From positions 1 through 64,000 of the forward strand of contig JBMFSH010000013.1 in NCBI GenBank assembly GCA_049967655.1: 64,000 bases of DNA, read 5' to 3'. The DNA comes from Acidobacteriota bacterium. GTDB taxonomy: Bacteria; Acidobacteriota; UBA4820; DSQY01. The position numbers and the translations under genes are program-made. Positions 21,626-31,547 of this stretch are shown in pieces. Under the pieces are notes generated by a model, which saw nothing but the letters and a program-made list of their open reading frames with translations, ran no database searches and was not told the DNA's origin. The first letter of the stretch is position 1. Every line of letters begins with the position of its first letter.

Positions 21626-22079
21626 GCCTCGCCTCGCGAAGGATGCCGGAAACGAAGCGGATCGTTTCGTCCCCGAGCGGCTCCTTCTCCTGGATCTGCA
21701 TCAGAAGGTCTTCATTCCAAACTTCGAGGAAGCTGGTCGGATGACCCAGGACCACCACGTCCCCGTTCATGCGCGTATGTTTTCTAAGCCTGGAGTGGAT
21801 GAGAACGCGGCCCTGGGGATCGATCTCCTGCTCGTCGCCGTAAAGATCCACGGTGCGAAGAAACTGCTGGACGCGGGGATCATCGCCCCAGTGATTTCGG
21901 CGGAGGGCGTCTTCGATGAGGATCCACTCGGCCAGGGGGTAGAGCCGCATGGACGGGGGACCGTAGGAGGTCAGGAAGACCTTGGGTCCGAATCCCTTGA
22001 GCAGGATTTCGCGAAACTTACTGGGGACCTTGAAGCGCCCCTTCTCGTCGATCCTGGCGTCCGCGCTGCCCCGGAACAT
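21561..22079 (-). CDS. mraZ: Transcriptional regulator MraZ
   Basis: MFRGSADARIDEKGRFKVP and IDPQGRVLI (two AbrB-type DxxGR repeats); first gene of the dcw cluster. Confidence 0.93.
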   Translation of the reverse strand: MFRGSADARIDEKGRFKVPSKFREILLKGFGPKVFLTSYGPPSMRLYPLAEWILIEDALRRNHWGDDPRVQQFLRTVDLYGDEQEIDPQGRVLIHSRLRKHTRMNGDVVVLGHPTSFLEVWNEDLLMQIQEKEPLGDETIRFVSGILREARHGNGTPPRPGDGPGGGGVPPG

Positions 22080-22124
22080 GGCCACCCCTTGTAGAATGGA
22101 CCGGCTGGCTGCTTCGGACTGCCA

Positions 22125-22185
22125 GTCCACTTTAGTCCACTTTGGTCCACATCGCTATCATAGGAGCCGGTTAGCCCCTTGTCAA
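22125..22185 (-). promoter_or_regulatory. dcw promoter with MraZ-type direct repeats
   Basis: Minus strand: TTGACA (22185-22180), 17 bp, TATGAT (22162-22157), then GTGGAC three times at a 10-bp period (22150-22125). Confidence 0.8.
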
Positions 22186-22201
22186 GGGGCGGGGGGAGAT
22201 G

Positions 22202-22229
22202 GGGACAAGGGACAAGGGACAGGGGACAA
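22202..22229 (+). repeat. Heptamer tandem repeat (GGGACAR x4)
   Basis: gggacaa gggacaa gggacag gggacaa. Confidence 0.75.
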
Positions 22230-22360
22230 GTTTCCTACCGGTCCCAGTTTCCTAATTCTCTGTGCCTTGGTGTCTCTGTGGTTCGCTTTTTCAATTCGCC
22301 ATTCCCCCTCCCCCTTGCCTCCCACTGGGCGGCGGGCTACCCTACTGCACCGGAGGAGCC

Positions 22361-23224
22361 ATGCGGGAGCTGCAGCGCAAGCCGGACTGGTTCAAGATCC
22401 ATCGCCTGGCGGTGGGTTCCAGGGCCAGCGAGGTTCTCCAGACCATCGCGCGTAACGACCTTCATACGGTCTGTACGTCGGCCGCCTGCCCCAACAAGGG
22501 TGCCTGCTTCTCCGAGGGAACGGCCACCTTCATGATCCTCGGAGATGTGTGCACCCGCGCCTGCCGCTTTTGCAACATCGACACCGGAAGGCCGCGGGAG
22601 GATTTTCTCGGGGAGCCCGAGCGGGTGGCCGCCGCCGCCGCCGCGATGGGGCTGCGGTTCGTGGTGGTGACTTCGGTCTGCCGGGACGACCTCGCGGACG
22701 AGGGAGCCGGAGCCTTCGCACGGACGCTCCTTGCCCTCAAGGAGCGCATCGCGGGGGTGCGTGTGGAGCTCCTCATTCCGGACTTTTCCGGCCGAATCGA
22801 TTTGCTCCGCACGGTGCTCGAAGCGGGGCCCGACGTTCTGAACCACAACCTGGAGACCGTCGAGCGCCTGACGCCGAGGATCCGATCGAAGGCGCAGTAC
22901 CACCGCTCCCTCGACATCCTGCGGTCGGCCGGAGAGCTGGCCCCGAAGATCCCGCGCAAGAGCGGCCTCATGGTGGGGCTCGGTGAGACCCGCGACGAGC
23001 TCCGCGCCTCCTTTGCCGACCTCGCCTCCGTAGGCGTGGAACGGCTGACCATCGGCCAGTACCTGCAACCCACCCGGCGGCACCACCCGGTCGTGCGCTA
23101 CTATCCGCCCGAGGAGTTTGAAGAGATGAGGACGGAGGCGAAGGCCGCCGGCATCCGGGCGGTTCTCTCCGGCCCGCTGGTGCGCAGTTCCTACCACGCC
23201 GGTACCTTCGTAGAACAGGGTTGA
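22361..23224 (+). CDS. lipA: Lipoyl synthase
   Basis: CTSAACPNKGAC (CX4CX5C), CTRACRFC (radical SAM motif), NHNLETV, GQYLQP, RSSY. Confidence 0.96.
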   Translation: MRELQRKPDWFKIHRLAVGSRASEVLQTIARNDLHTVCTSAACPNKGACFSEGTATFMILGDVCTRACRFCNIDTGRPREDFLGEPERVAAAAAAMGLRFVVVTSVCRDDLADEGAGAFARTLLALKERIAGVRVELLIPDFSGRIDLLRTVLEAGPDVLNHNLETVERLTPRIRSKAQYHRSLDILRSAGELAPKIPRKSGLMVGLGETRDELRASFADLASVGVERLTIGQYLQPTRRHHPVVRYYPPEEFEEMRTEAKAAGIRAVLSGPLVRSSYHAGTFVEQG

Positions 23225-23284
23225 CGGTCGAGATCTGCGCGGGAAATCCCTGCTACAATGAGCCTTCGATTGGGGAGGAGGAGA

Positions 23285-24220
23285 ATGGGGCCCCTTCCTG
23301 TGGAGCAGGCCGTGTCCAGCCAGCCGCTGGAGTCCTGGGACATCTGGCGTTTCAGTGCCTGGGGGCCGTGGTTGTCGGTGCGGCTATTCCACACCGTGAT
23401 CTTCCTACTGGGCGCCTACCTCCTGGACCGGGCCTTGCGCCTGTTGCTCAAGCGGGTGAAGGCCTCCGTGCGGGAGGATGATCCCGTCGTCCGGGGAGAG
23501 CTTGAGCGCCGGGCGGAGACCGTCACCGCCATCCTTGGGCGCGTCGGCCGGTTGGTGCTCTACTTTACGGCCAGTCTCATGATCCTGAACGACTTCCGCG
23601 TGGAGATCGGCCCCATGCTGGCGGGGCTCGGCATCGTGGGCCTGGCAGTGGGTTTCGGAGCCCAGTATCTCGTCCGGGACGTGATCTCAGGCTTCTTCAT
23701 TGTGTTGGAGGATCAGTTTCGGGTGGGTGACGTGGTGAAGGTCGGTAACTTTGCCGGCACGGTCGAACACATTTTTCTGCGGACCACTCAGATCAGGGCG
23801 GCCAACGGCGATTTGCACATCGTCCCGAACGGTCAGATCACTTTGGTGACCAACATGACGCGTCAGTGGTCCCGGGCGGTGCTGGACGTGGGGGTCGGGT
23901 ACGGTTCGAACATCGACCAGGTTTTCGAGGCGCTGCGGGAGACCGGCCGCCAGGTGCAATCGGAGCCGGACCTTGAACCCCATATCAAGGAGCCCTTCGA
24001 CATCGTGGGAGTGACGTCACTGGGCGAGTCGGCCATCACCATCCGCATGTGGGCGAAGGTCGACCCCCTTCAGCAGTGGGCCATCGAAAACGCCCTGAGG
24101 AAGCGGGCCAAGGAGGTCTTCGACGCCCGCGGCATCGAGATCCCCTTCCCCCAGCGCACCCTCAGTTTGGACAAGGCCACCGCCGAACTTCTCCGCACTC
24201 GCCTGAAGGGGGGTGCATGA
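23285..24220 (+). CDS. Small-conductance mechanosensitive channel (MscS family)
   Basis: GLAVGFGAQYLVRDVISGFFI.LEDQFRVGD, IVPNG, IEIPFPQR; GAGGAGG RBS before the ATG at 23285. Confidence 0.92.
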   Translation: MGPLPVEQAVSSQPLESWDIWRFSAWGPWLSVRLFHTVIFLLGAYLLDRALRLLLKRVKASVREDDPVVRGELERRAETVTAILGRVGRLVLYFTASLMILNDFRVEIGPMLAGLGIVGLAVGFGAQYLVRDVISGFFIVLEDQFRVGDVVKVGNFAGTVEHIFLRTTQIRAANGDLHIVPNGQITLVTNMTRQWSRAVLDVGVGYGSNIDQVFEALRETGRQVQSEPDLEPHIKEPFDIVGVTSLGESAITIRMWAKVDPLQQWAIENALRKRAKEVFDARGIEIPFPQRTLSLDKATAELLRTRLKGGA

Positions 24221-24336
24221 GCCTCGACCCCCTGCACTCCAGCCTCTTCCTCGCCGCGCTCGTGGTGGCAGTCATCCACTCCTTTCTGTCCCGTGGTTCG
24301 AACACAACGGGAGAATCGTGCTCGGGGTCCTCCTGA
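24217..24336 (+). pseudogene. Short hydrophobic ORF coupled to the MscS gene, possibly a truncated membrane-protein gene
   Basis: ATGA overlap with the MscS stop; MSLDPLHSSLFLAALVVAVIHSFL, then a stop after 39 aa next to the tRNA terminator. Confidence 0.3.
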
Positions 24337-24391
24337 TGGGGCTGGGTGGATTCGGCTACTTCTTTCACTGAAGGCGGGAGGGCGAAAACGA

Positions 24392-24419
24392 CAAAGCCCG
24401 GCGGTGACGCCGGGCTTTG
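24392..24419 (-). terminator. Intrinsic terminator downstream of tRNA-fMet
   Basis: CAAAGCCCGGCG-GTGA-CGCCGGGCTTTG 12-bp stem; TCGTTTT follows on the minus strand. Confidence 0.75.
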
Positions 24420-24424
24420 CACCT

Positions 24425-24501
24425 TGGTGGCGGGGGAAGGATTTGAACCTTCGACCTCTGGGTTATGAGCCCAGCGAGCTACCGGACTGCTCCACCCCGC
24501 G
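24425..24501 (-). tRNA. tRNA-Met(CAT), initiator type
   Basis: CGCGGGGTGGAGCAGTCCGGTAGCTCGCTGGGCTCATAACCCAGAGGTCGAAGGTTCAAATCCTTCCCCCGCCACCA; unpaired C1, three G-C pairs in the anticodon stem, encoded CCA. Confidence 0.96.
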
Positions 24502-24512
24502 GCAAGAGAACC

Positions 24513-24541
24513 ACTATAGGGGATAGGCCGGTGGCTGTCAA
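24513..24541 (-). promoter_or_regulatory. Sigma70-type promoter of tRNA-fMet
   Basis: TTGACA, 17 bp, TATAGT on the minus strand. Confidence 0.75.
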
Positions 24542-24747
24542 GCCGGCCGTCGCACCTGGTACTGGGGGGAACCGGATTATGAAGGCGATACGCCTCCCAG
24601 GGACTGGGGCAGAAGGCTCGGGAGAGTCGGCGGAAGCGTGAGGATGATTGCGGCGGACGAAAGTCGGGATACATTATTAGTTCATGGCCGGGCGTCGGCA
24701 GACCGGGTGGTCCCACGCGCCGAGGCCGCTTAGAAAGGGGTCCTTGA

Positions 24748-25110
24748 ATGAAGAGAATACCGGTTCTCCTGCTCCCGGTGGCAGCCCTCATGCTGCTGAC
24801 CGTCGGCTTGTTCGCCAACGGAGAGCACGCCAAGGTCGGTCCCGAGAGGTGCAAGATGTGCCACTCGATCCAGTACAACTCCTGGGTCAAGTCGAAGCAC
24901 GCGACCGTGGCCAAGCTCGACTGCGAAGGCTGCCATGGTAATGGCGGCGATTATTGGCACCCGAACATCATGAAGGATCTGCCGAAGGCCAAGGCGGCCG
25001 GGCTCATCCTGCCGACGAAGACCTTCTGCGAGAAGTGCCACGGCAAGAACGGTGTGCCGGCCATGACCGACGCGCTCTTCGCCAAGGTGCACGCACACAA
25101 GGCCAAATAG
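24748..25110 (+). CDS. Small periplasmic triheme cytochrome c
   Basis: Signal peptide and three CXXCH motifs (CKMCH, CEGCH, CEKCH), with extra His residues (SKHA, WHP, VHAH). Confidence 0.88.
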   Translation: MKRIPVLLLPVAALMLLTVGLFANGEHAKVGPERCKMCHSIQYNSWVKSKHATVAKLDCEGCHGNGGDYWHPNIMKDLPKAKAAGLILPTKTFCEKCHGKNGVPAMTDALFAKVHAHKAK

Positions 25111-25137
25111 GCCCTTTCCATTAGTTTGAAAAAGCAA

Positions 25138-25175
25138 GAGGGCCTGGCCGGTGCAAACAAACCGGCCAGGCCCTC
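25138..25175. terminator. Hairpin between convergent genes
   Basis: GAGGGCCTGGCCGGT ... ACCGGCCAGGCCCTC, 15-bp perfect stem. Confidence 0.65.
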
Positions 25176-25201
25176 CCTTCTGTGACTGCTGGGAGAGTGC
25201 T

Positions 25202-26359
25202 TCAGCCCTGCAGGCGTTTTCCGCAACCACTGCAGAACTTGGCTCCCGCCAAGTTCTCGGTGCCGCAGGAGGGACACTTTACGGCGGAGGGCGCCAAGGG
25301 CTTGCCGCAGCCGTTGCAGAAGCGAGCTCCCTGCGGATTCATGGCGTGGCAGCTCGGGCAGACGACCCCCACCGGCGCCATGGGTTTGCCGCAGCTATCG
25401 CAGAACTTGGCCCCGGCCGCGTTGGGCTTCCCGCAGGCCCCGCAGATGACGGCCGTGTTCCCCGAGGCGCCAGCCGAAGTTCCCGCCCCGGCCCCAGCGG
25501 CTGCCGCGCCCGCCTGCTGCATGGCCTGGCCGATCATCCCGGGAATCATCATGCCCATACCGGCGCCCACGCCCAGGCCCATGCCCGCGGATGCCCCGTT
25601 GCCAGCGGGGTTGGCCGCGGCCTCCTCCATGGCCTTGGCCGCCTTGAACTGCATGTAGGCGCCCATGTTCCCGACAGCCGCCATACCGCTGCGCTCATCG
25701 ATGACCTTCTGCACCTCCTCAGGAGGGGTGATGGCGCCGATGAAAAAGTCCACCAGCTCCAGGCCGTACTTCTTGAAGTCCTCGTGGACCCTAGCCTTCA
25801 GGGCCTCGGAGAGTTCGTCGTAGTACTTGGGCAGGTCGAGGACGGTCTTAAGCGTCTCGCCCAGCACGTCGTTCAGGCGGGCCACGATCATATCCTTGGT
25901 GTAGGACTCTACGCCGTCGCTGTTCTGGACCCCCTGGCTCCCCACGAAGGTGTTGAGGAAGAGCACGGGGTCAATGACCTTGGTGGCGAACTTGCCGAAG
26001 GCGCGGAGGCGCACCATCTGGAATTCCGTGTCCCGGAAGAGGACCGGCTCCTTGGTGCCCCATTTCATGTCCGTGAAGACCTTACGGGCCACGTAGTAGA
26101 CATCGGCGCGGAAGGGCGAGGTACCTCCGAAGGGGATGTTGATGAGCTTGGACAGGAGCGGGATGTTGGCCGTGGTCAGGGTGTGACGCCCCGCCAGGAA
26201 GACGTCCAGCGCCCGCCCATCGCGGAAGAAGACTCCCCACTGGCTCTCCTGCACGACGAGCTGGGCGCCCATCTTGATCTCGCCGCCCATCTCGAAGCGG
26301 TGGACCATCTCGCGCCCGGTATCATCCAGCCACTCAATCACCTCAATGGTCTGCGCCAT
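25202..26359 (-). CDS. SPFH/Band 7 domain protein with C-terminal double zinc ribbons (YdjI-like)
   Basis: GAQLVVQESQ..VFFRDG..DVF.AGRHTL.T.NIP, KWGT; GMGLGVGAGMG linker; three Cx2C-x10-Cx2C ribbons. Confidence 0.85.
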   Translation of the reverse strand: MAQTIEVIEWLDDTGREMVHRFEMGGEIKMGAQLVVQESQWGVFFRDGRALDVFLAGRHTLTTANIPLLSKLINIPFGGTSPFRADVYYVARKVFTDMKWGTKEPVLFRDTEFQMVRLRAFGKFATKVIDPVLFLNTFVGSQGVQNSDGVESYTKDMIVARLNDVLGETLKTVLDLPKYYDELSEALKARVHEDFKKYGLELVDFFIGAITPPEEVQKVIDERSGMAAVGNMGAYMQFKAAKAMEEAAANPAGNGASAGMGLGVGAGMGMMIPGMIGQAMQQAGAAAAGAGAGTSAGASGNTAVICGACGKPNAAGAKFCDSCGKPMAPVGVVCPSCHAMNPQGARFCNGCGKPLAPSAVKCPSCGTENLAGAKFCSGCGKRLQG

Positions 26360-26457
26360 GAAACGCTCCTACGTCAAGAAAATCCAGAACTCACATCCGG
26401 GGAAGCGGGCGGAGTGCACCGGACATGGTCCGTGTTCCGCGACGAACGCCCCAACCC

Positions 26458-26952
26458 TCACGCCGGCTTGTCCCAAAGGGCCTTGCGTTCGGCCAGAAGA
26501 TCGTCTAACCCTTGCAGGGCGGCCGTCATGGCTCCCACCGCGTTCGCCGGGTCGCCCGCCGCCTTTTCGAGCGTCTCGACGGCGTCTACGATCTTCATGT
26601 CGTGGGCGTACAAGGCGTCGAGCTGGCTCTCCTGGATCTTCATCTGATCGAAGAGCCCGGAATAGCCGTAGGTGGCGAAGCGGAGAGAGTCGGCCACGCC
26701 GTGGAGCCTCCGGTCCAAAAGCCCGATGGCGTTGAGCCCCTGAAGATCGCCGCGGTTGGTGGTCTCCAGCTTGATGGTCTGCAGCCGCTCTCCCACCCGA
26801 TCCAGGCGGGCGGCGAGGTACTCCCGCAGGCGCTTGTCGCTGGTCCTCCGGTCGTCCCTGGCGCGGTAACCCGAGAGTCCTGGGATGGCATCACCCAGCC
26901 GCTCCAGAAAGTTCTTCTCGCCTCTCTCCATCGATGCCTCCCTGCTGGCCAC
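26458..26952 (-). CDS. Hypothetical helical protein
   Basis: IPGLSGY..RDDRR.SDKRLR...ATYGYSGLFD...LDALYAHD; co-oriented upstream of the SPFH gene. Confidence 0.7.
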   Translation of the reverse strand: MASREASMERGEKNFLERLGDAIPGLSGYRARDDRRTSDKRLREYLAARLDRVGERLQTIKLETTNRGDLQGLNAIGLLDRRLHGVADSLRFATYGYSGLFDQMKIQESQLDALYAHDMKIVDAVETLEKAAGDPANAVGAMTAALQGLDDLLAERKALWDKPA

Positions 26953-26997
26953 CGGCCGGTCTTCGGCGTGGGCCGGCGCACTGAGCCTTCCGGTGGC

Positions 26998-27696
26998 CTA
27001 ATGTCGGTCACCGGCCTTTTTCAAGAGGTGTATGGCCCGGTTGGCGGTCCTGAGCATTTTGATGAGGTCCTTCTCCGTGGTGTACTTGGTCACCTGCAGA
27101 TTGATGACGATCTGGTACCCCGTGTGGCGGATCCGGACCGGCTCGTCGCCGGGCGCCTGCTGGCGGAGGACGCTATCGAGATGCTCATCGCTGACGTAGG
27201 CCTCATCGGTCTCCGCCCCGGCGGTCTCTCGCGCGGTGTCCGGCCTCTGGGGCGCCTGGCTCTCCAGCGTGAGGTTGAGCCCGGCCTCTTCGGCGAGGGT
27301 CTGGAAGATGGGGAAGGCCGAATTGTTCACCCGTTCGCTCAGCTGGTATACCTCCCGGAAACTCTCCTTGAGGACGTCGGTGTCGGAGACGGGAAGACGG
27401 ACCTTCTGAAAAAATTCACCGTAGGCCTTCCGGAGCAGGGCTTCCTGGGCTGGCCGGTCCGGGTTGTCCGGGCTGTAGGCCTGGTGAACTCCCGTCAGCC
27501 GGTCCTGCTCGTCCAGGATGCCCAAAAAGCGTAGGGCCGCCATGGCCGGGTAGGTCCAGTGGGAGGAGAGCCCGCGCTTGTGAAGCTCCTCCCGAGTCAG
27601 GAGGTCGCCCGGGAGGCGCGCCTGGATGTGATCGAGAACCGCCCTAAGGCCCTTGCGGGGAACGTAGGGGGGGGTAGTGACTCCCTTTTTCGTCAT
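26998..27696 (-). CDS. Hypothetical protein, tentatively DUF5343-like
   Basis: N-terminal PPYV, ALRFLGILDE, LRKAY pattern; co-oriented downstream of secA. The family call is from memory only. Confidence 0.55.
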   Translation of the reverse strand: MTKKGVTTPPYVPRKGLRAVLDHIQARLPGDLLTREELHKRGLSSHWTYPAMAALRFLGILDEQDRLTGVHQAYSPDNPDRPAQEALLRKAYGEFFQKVRLPVSDTDVLKESFREVYQLSERVNNSAFPIFQTLAEEAGLNLTLESQAPQRPDTARETAGAETDEAYVSDEHLDSVLRQQAPGDEPVRIRHTGYQIVINLQVTKYTTEKDLIKMLRTANRAIHLLKKAGDRH

Positions 27697-27751
27697 GGCC
27701 GCCTTTCAAACACAAGAACATAGCGAGGCTACCAGCGCAGCGGGCGCCTCG

Positions 27752-30406
27752 TCAAGAGCCGGCACCGCAGCACTTCTTGAATTTCTTGCCGGATCCGCAC
27801 GGACAGGGGTCGTTGCGTCCCACCTTCTTGTCCTTCCGGACCACGGTCTTCCCCGGCTTTTTCTCCTCCTTCTCGGGGGCCGAGTAGGAGTAGCTCTGCT
27901 CCCGCCGGACAACTTTCTTTTCCTCCTGCTGGATGGCGGGTTCCAGGAGGAACAGGTACCGCACGATCTCGTCCTCCACCCGGTCCATCATGGCGGAAAA
28001 GATCTCGAAGCCCTCCCGCTTGTACTCCACGAGGGGGTCGCGCTGGCCGTAGGCCCGAAGACCGATGCCCTCCTTGAGGTGGTCCATGGAGAGCAGGTGG
28101 TCCTTCCACTGGTTGTCGATGACCTGGAGCATGACGATGCGCTCGTATTCGCGCATGAGCTCTGGGGCCAGTCGCTGCTCCTTGGCCTCGTACTTGGCGG
28201 AAACGGCCTTCCAGATGGCGTCGCGGAGCTCCTGCTGCGGCGTTTCCTCGAGGCTCAACGAGAGATCGTCCAGATTCAGCCCGAAGTAGTGCAGGATCTG
28301 GGTCTGAAGCCCCGGGACGTCGGGCTCCGCTTCGGTCGGAAAATACTGCTCCAGGAGCCAGTCCAGGATGGACTCCGCGGTCTCGAAGAGGTAATCGCGA
28401 AGGCCTTCCTTGGCCAGGATCTTTTTCCGAAGCGAGTAGACCGCCTCGCGCTGCTTGTTCATCACGTCGTCGTATTCGAGAAGGTGCTTGCGGATTTCGA
28501 AGTTCCGGGCCTCGACCGAGGTTTGGGCGCGCTCGATGGACTTGGAGACCCACCGGTGTTCGATGGGCACCCCCTCCTCCATCCCCAGCCGCCCCATCAT
28601 GTTCTTGAGCCGGTCGCCGCCGAAGAGGCGCATGAGGTCGTCTTCCAACGATACGTAGAAGCGCGAGGTGCCGGGATCGCCCTGGCGGCCCGCGCGCCCG
28701 CGGAGCTGGTTGTCGATGCGCCTCGATTCGTGGCGCTCCGTACCCAGGATGTGTAGCCCGTTGAGTGACACCACCTCCTGGTGCTCCCGTTCGAACACCT
28801 CCCGGAAGGCGGTGAGCTGCTTGGCGTACTCTTCGGGCTGCGTTTCGGGGTCGGCCTTGGCCCTCGCCTGGCCCTCGGGGTTCCCGCCGAGAAGAATGTC
28901 GGTGCCGCGGCCGGCCATGTTGGTGGCGATGGTGACGGCACCCTTCCGCCCCGCCTGAGCGACGATCTCCGCCTCCTTCTCGTGAAACTTGGCGTTGAGC
29001 ACCACGTGAGGAATGCCCTTCTTCTTGAGGAGCGCGCTCATGCGCTCGCTCTTTTCGATGGAGACCGTGCCCACGAGGACGGGCTGCCCCTTCTCGTGGC
29101 ACTCGGCGATCTCTTCCGCCGCCGCCTCGAACTTTTCTCGTTCGGTTTTGTAAACGAGATCGGGACGGTCCTCACGCACCATCGGCCTGTTGGTCGGGAT
29201 GACCACCACGTCGAGCTTGTAGATCTTGTCGAACTCGGCGGCCTCGGTATCGGCCGTCCCCGTCATGCCCGCCAGCTTCTCGTACAGGCGGAAGTAGTTC
29301 TGGAAGGTGATGGTGGCCAGTGTCTGGTTCTCCTGCTGGATCTTGACGCCCTCCTTGGCCTCGATGGCCTGGTGCAGGCCGTCGCTCCACCGGCGCCCCG
29401 GCATGATGCGCCCGGTGAACTCGTCCACGATGAGGACCTCGCCCTCCTTGACCATGTACTCCACGTCGCGGTGGTAGAGCTTGTGGGCGACCAGGGCCTG
29501 GTTGACGCAGTGCAGGATCTCCATGTTCACGGGATCGTAGAGGTTGGCCACGTTCAGCATCTTCTCACAGCGGGCGACGCCCTCCTCGGTCAGCACCGCG
29601 GTGCGCTGCTTCTCGTCCACGGTGTAGTCCTTTTCCTTTTGAAGGCTGGGGATGATGCTGTTGGCGGCGTAGTACTTGTCCACGCGTTCGTCGGACGGGC
29701 CGGAGATGATGAGGGGCGTGCGCGCCTCGTCGATGAGGATGGAGTCCACCTCGTCCACTAGGGCGAAGTGGTGGCCCCTCTGGACCATGTCCTCCAGCCT
29801 GTACTTCATGTTGTCGCGCAGGTAGTCGAACCCGAACTCGTTGTTCTGGCCGTAGGTGATGTCGCTCCCGTAGGCCATCTGCCGCTCGGCGTTGTCCATC
29901 TCCTGCTGAATGCAGCCCACCGACAGGCCCAGGAACCGGTAGACCTGTCCCATCCAGTCCGCGTCACGCCGCGCCAGGTAGTCGTTTACGGTCACCACGT
30001 GGACGCCGCGCCCCGTGAGCGCGTTGAGGTAGACCGGCAGGACCGCGACGAGGGTCTTTCCTTCGCCGGTTTTCATCTCGGCGATCTTGCCCTGGTGAAG
30101 GACGATGCCGCCGATGATCTGGACATCGAAGGGGCGCATCCCGAGCGCTCTGGCCGACGCCTCCCGGGCCACGGCGAAGGCCTCAGGGAGAAGGTCGTCG
30201 AGGGACTCCTGCTGCGAGTGCCCCTCGCCCAACATGCGATCGAGGCGGGTCTTGAAGTCCGCCGTCTTGCCCCGGAGCTCGTCATCGGAAAGAACGCGGA
30301 GTTTGGGCTCCCATTCATTCACCAGAAAAACCAGGGGCTGGATCGCGCGGATATCGCGATCGTGCTTGGTTCCGAAGACCTTCGCTAGAACCGCGTCAAT
30401 GACCAT
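27752..30406 (-). CDS. secA: Preprotein translocase ATPase SecA
   Basis: [56 protein letters not shown] motif [19 protein letters not shown]. Confidence 0.99.
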   Translation of the reverse strand: MVIDAVLAKVFGTKHDRDIRAIQPLVFLVNEWEPKLRVLSDDELRGKTADFKTRLDRMLGEGHSQQESLDDLLPEAFAVAREASARALGMRPFDVQIIGGIVLHQGKIAEMKTGEGKTLVAVLPVYLNALTGRGVHVVTVNDYLARRDADWMGQVYRFLGLSVGCIQQEMDNAERQMAYGSDITYGQNNEFGFDYLRDNMKYRLEDMVQRGHHFALVDEVDSILIDEARTPLIISGPSDERVDKYYAANSIIPSLQKEKDYTVDEKQRTAVLTEEGVARCEKMLNVANLYDPVNMEILHCVNQALVAHKLYHRDVEYMVKEGEVLIVDEFTGRIMPGRRWSDGLHQAIEAKEGVKIQQENQTLATITFQNYFRLYEKLAGMTGTADTEAAEFDKIYKLDVVVIPTNRPMVREDRPDLVYKTEREKFEAAAEEIAECHEKGQPVLVGTVSIEKSERMSALLKKKGIPHVVLNAKFHEKEAEIVAQAGRKGAVTIATNMAGRGTDILLGGNPEGQARAKADPETQPEEYAKQLTAFREVFEREHQEVVSLNGLHILGTERHESRRIDNQLRGRAGRQGDPGTSRFYVSLEDDLMRLFGGDRLKNMMGRLGMEEGVPIEHRWVSKSIERAQTSVEARNFEIRKHLLEYDDVMNKQREAVYSLRKKILAKEGLRDYLFETAESILDWLLEQYFPTEAEPDVPGLQTQILHYFGLNLDDLSLSLEETPQQELRDAIWKAVSAKYEAKEQRLAPELMREYERIVMLQVIDNQWKDHLLSMDHLKEGIGLRAYGQRDPLVEYKREGFEIFSAMMDRVEDEIVRYLFLLEPAIQQEEKKVVRREQSYSYSAPEKEEKKPGKTVVRKDKKVGRNDPCPCGSGKKFKKCCGAGS

Positions 30407-30485
30407 GAAAAGGTTCTCCCAGAGAGGCGGCTGGCGGGGCGGGGGGAGGTGACATTACCGGGCCTGCGTTTGATGGCAGGGCTTG

Positions 30486-31412
30486 CTAATAAAGCAGGAA
30501 GGGCTTGGGGTTGATGGGCCGGTCGTTCCTGCGGATCTCGTAGTGGAGGTGGGGGCCGGTGCTGTGGCCCGTGGAGCCCACCAGCCCGATCTTCTGCCAG
30601 CGCTTTACCGTTTGGCCGGGCTTCACGAGGATCTTTGAAAGATGTCCATAAACCGACACCAACCCGTTCCCGTGGCTGATTTCGATGCAGTTCCCGTAAC
30701 CGTTTTGCCAGCCCGCCGAGATCACGAGACCCTCGGCCGGCGCCTCGACGGGACTGCCGTAAGGAGCGGCTATGTCGATGCCCGGGTGCAGTTCCGGCTC
30801 CCCGTCGAGTGGGTCCTGGCGCTCGCCGAACCCGGAGGAGATGAATCCCTTGACGGGCCAGATGGACGGTGTATGAGCCATTTGGTTTAGATGGGGCCTC
30901 AGCACTCGGCCCACGTCCTGGGTCTCGTGGTAGACGAGGTTGGCCTGGCTGTTCAAGTCGCGGATGCCGCTCTCGATGGCCTCGATGCGGGGATCAGCCA
31001 GTGGCGCCCTAGGGGAGGGCTGGGGCGCTGATGTATCGGATTCGGGTCCGCCCATGCCCGGCGTGGGCTTGATCTTGAGGTTCTGCTCGCGAGCCAGCGC
31101 CTCCATGCTCGCCAGCTGCTGTTCGCTCTTGCTGAGCCGGTTGCGGGCTTCATCCAGGCGTTTACCGAGCTCCACGAACTGCTTCTTGAGCTGCTTTTCC
31201 TGATGCCTGAGCTCGATGTTGCGGGCCACCAAGTGACCGTGCGAGGCGGCCAGAACGAAGAAGGCTAAGGTCCCGAGGGTCAGGCCGCCCACAATGGTTC
31301 CGGCCAGGAGGAGCCCCCGCCGGATCTGCAACCACTCAACGACGCGGTTGTGGTACTGCTTGCCGTCCTCCCGCAAAACTACCACATGAAAGCGCCGCTT
31401 CCTCTTCATCAT
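30486..31412 (-). CDS. M23 family metallopeptidase with TM and coiled coil
   Basis: TPSIWPVKG, HPGID (HxxxD), YGHLS, STGPHLHYE. Confidence 0.92.
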   Translation of the reverse strand: MMKRKRRFHVVVLREDGKQYHNRVVEWLQIRRGLLLAGTIVGGLTLGTLAFFVLAASHGHLVARNIELRHQEKQLKKQFVELGKRLDEARNRLSKSEQQLASMEALAREQNLKIKPTPGMGGPESDTSAPQPSPRAPLADPRIEAIESGIRDLNSQANLVYHETQDVGRVLRPHLNQMAHTPSIWPVKGFISSGFGERQDPLDGEPELHPGIDIAAPYGSPVEAPAEGLVISAGWQNGYGNCIEISHGNGLVSVYGHLSKILVKPGQTVKRWQKIGLVGSTGHSTGPHLHYEIRRNDRPINPKPFLLY

Positions 31413-31513
31413 TCCGTGATCCTTTTGCCAGGTCCCCCCGGGGATCGGGAAGCTCTATACACCGGGTAACCCTATCATCATCTTTTCAGGCCTGTCAAGT
31501 TCGCGAAGAGCCA

Positions 31514-31542
31514 TTGACGGCAAGGGATTGGGAGCCTACAGT
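31514..31542 (+). promoter_or_regulatory. Promoter of rnpB
   Basis: TTGACG, 17 bp, TACAGT, ending 5 nt before the RNA 5' helix. Confidence 0.7.
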
Positions 31543-31547
31543 TGGGA

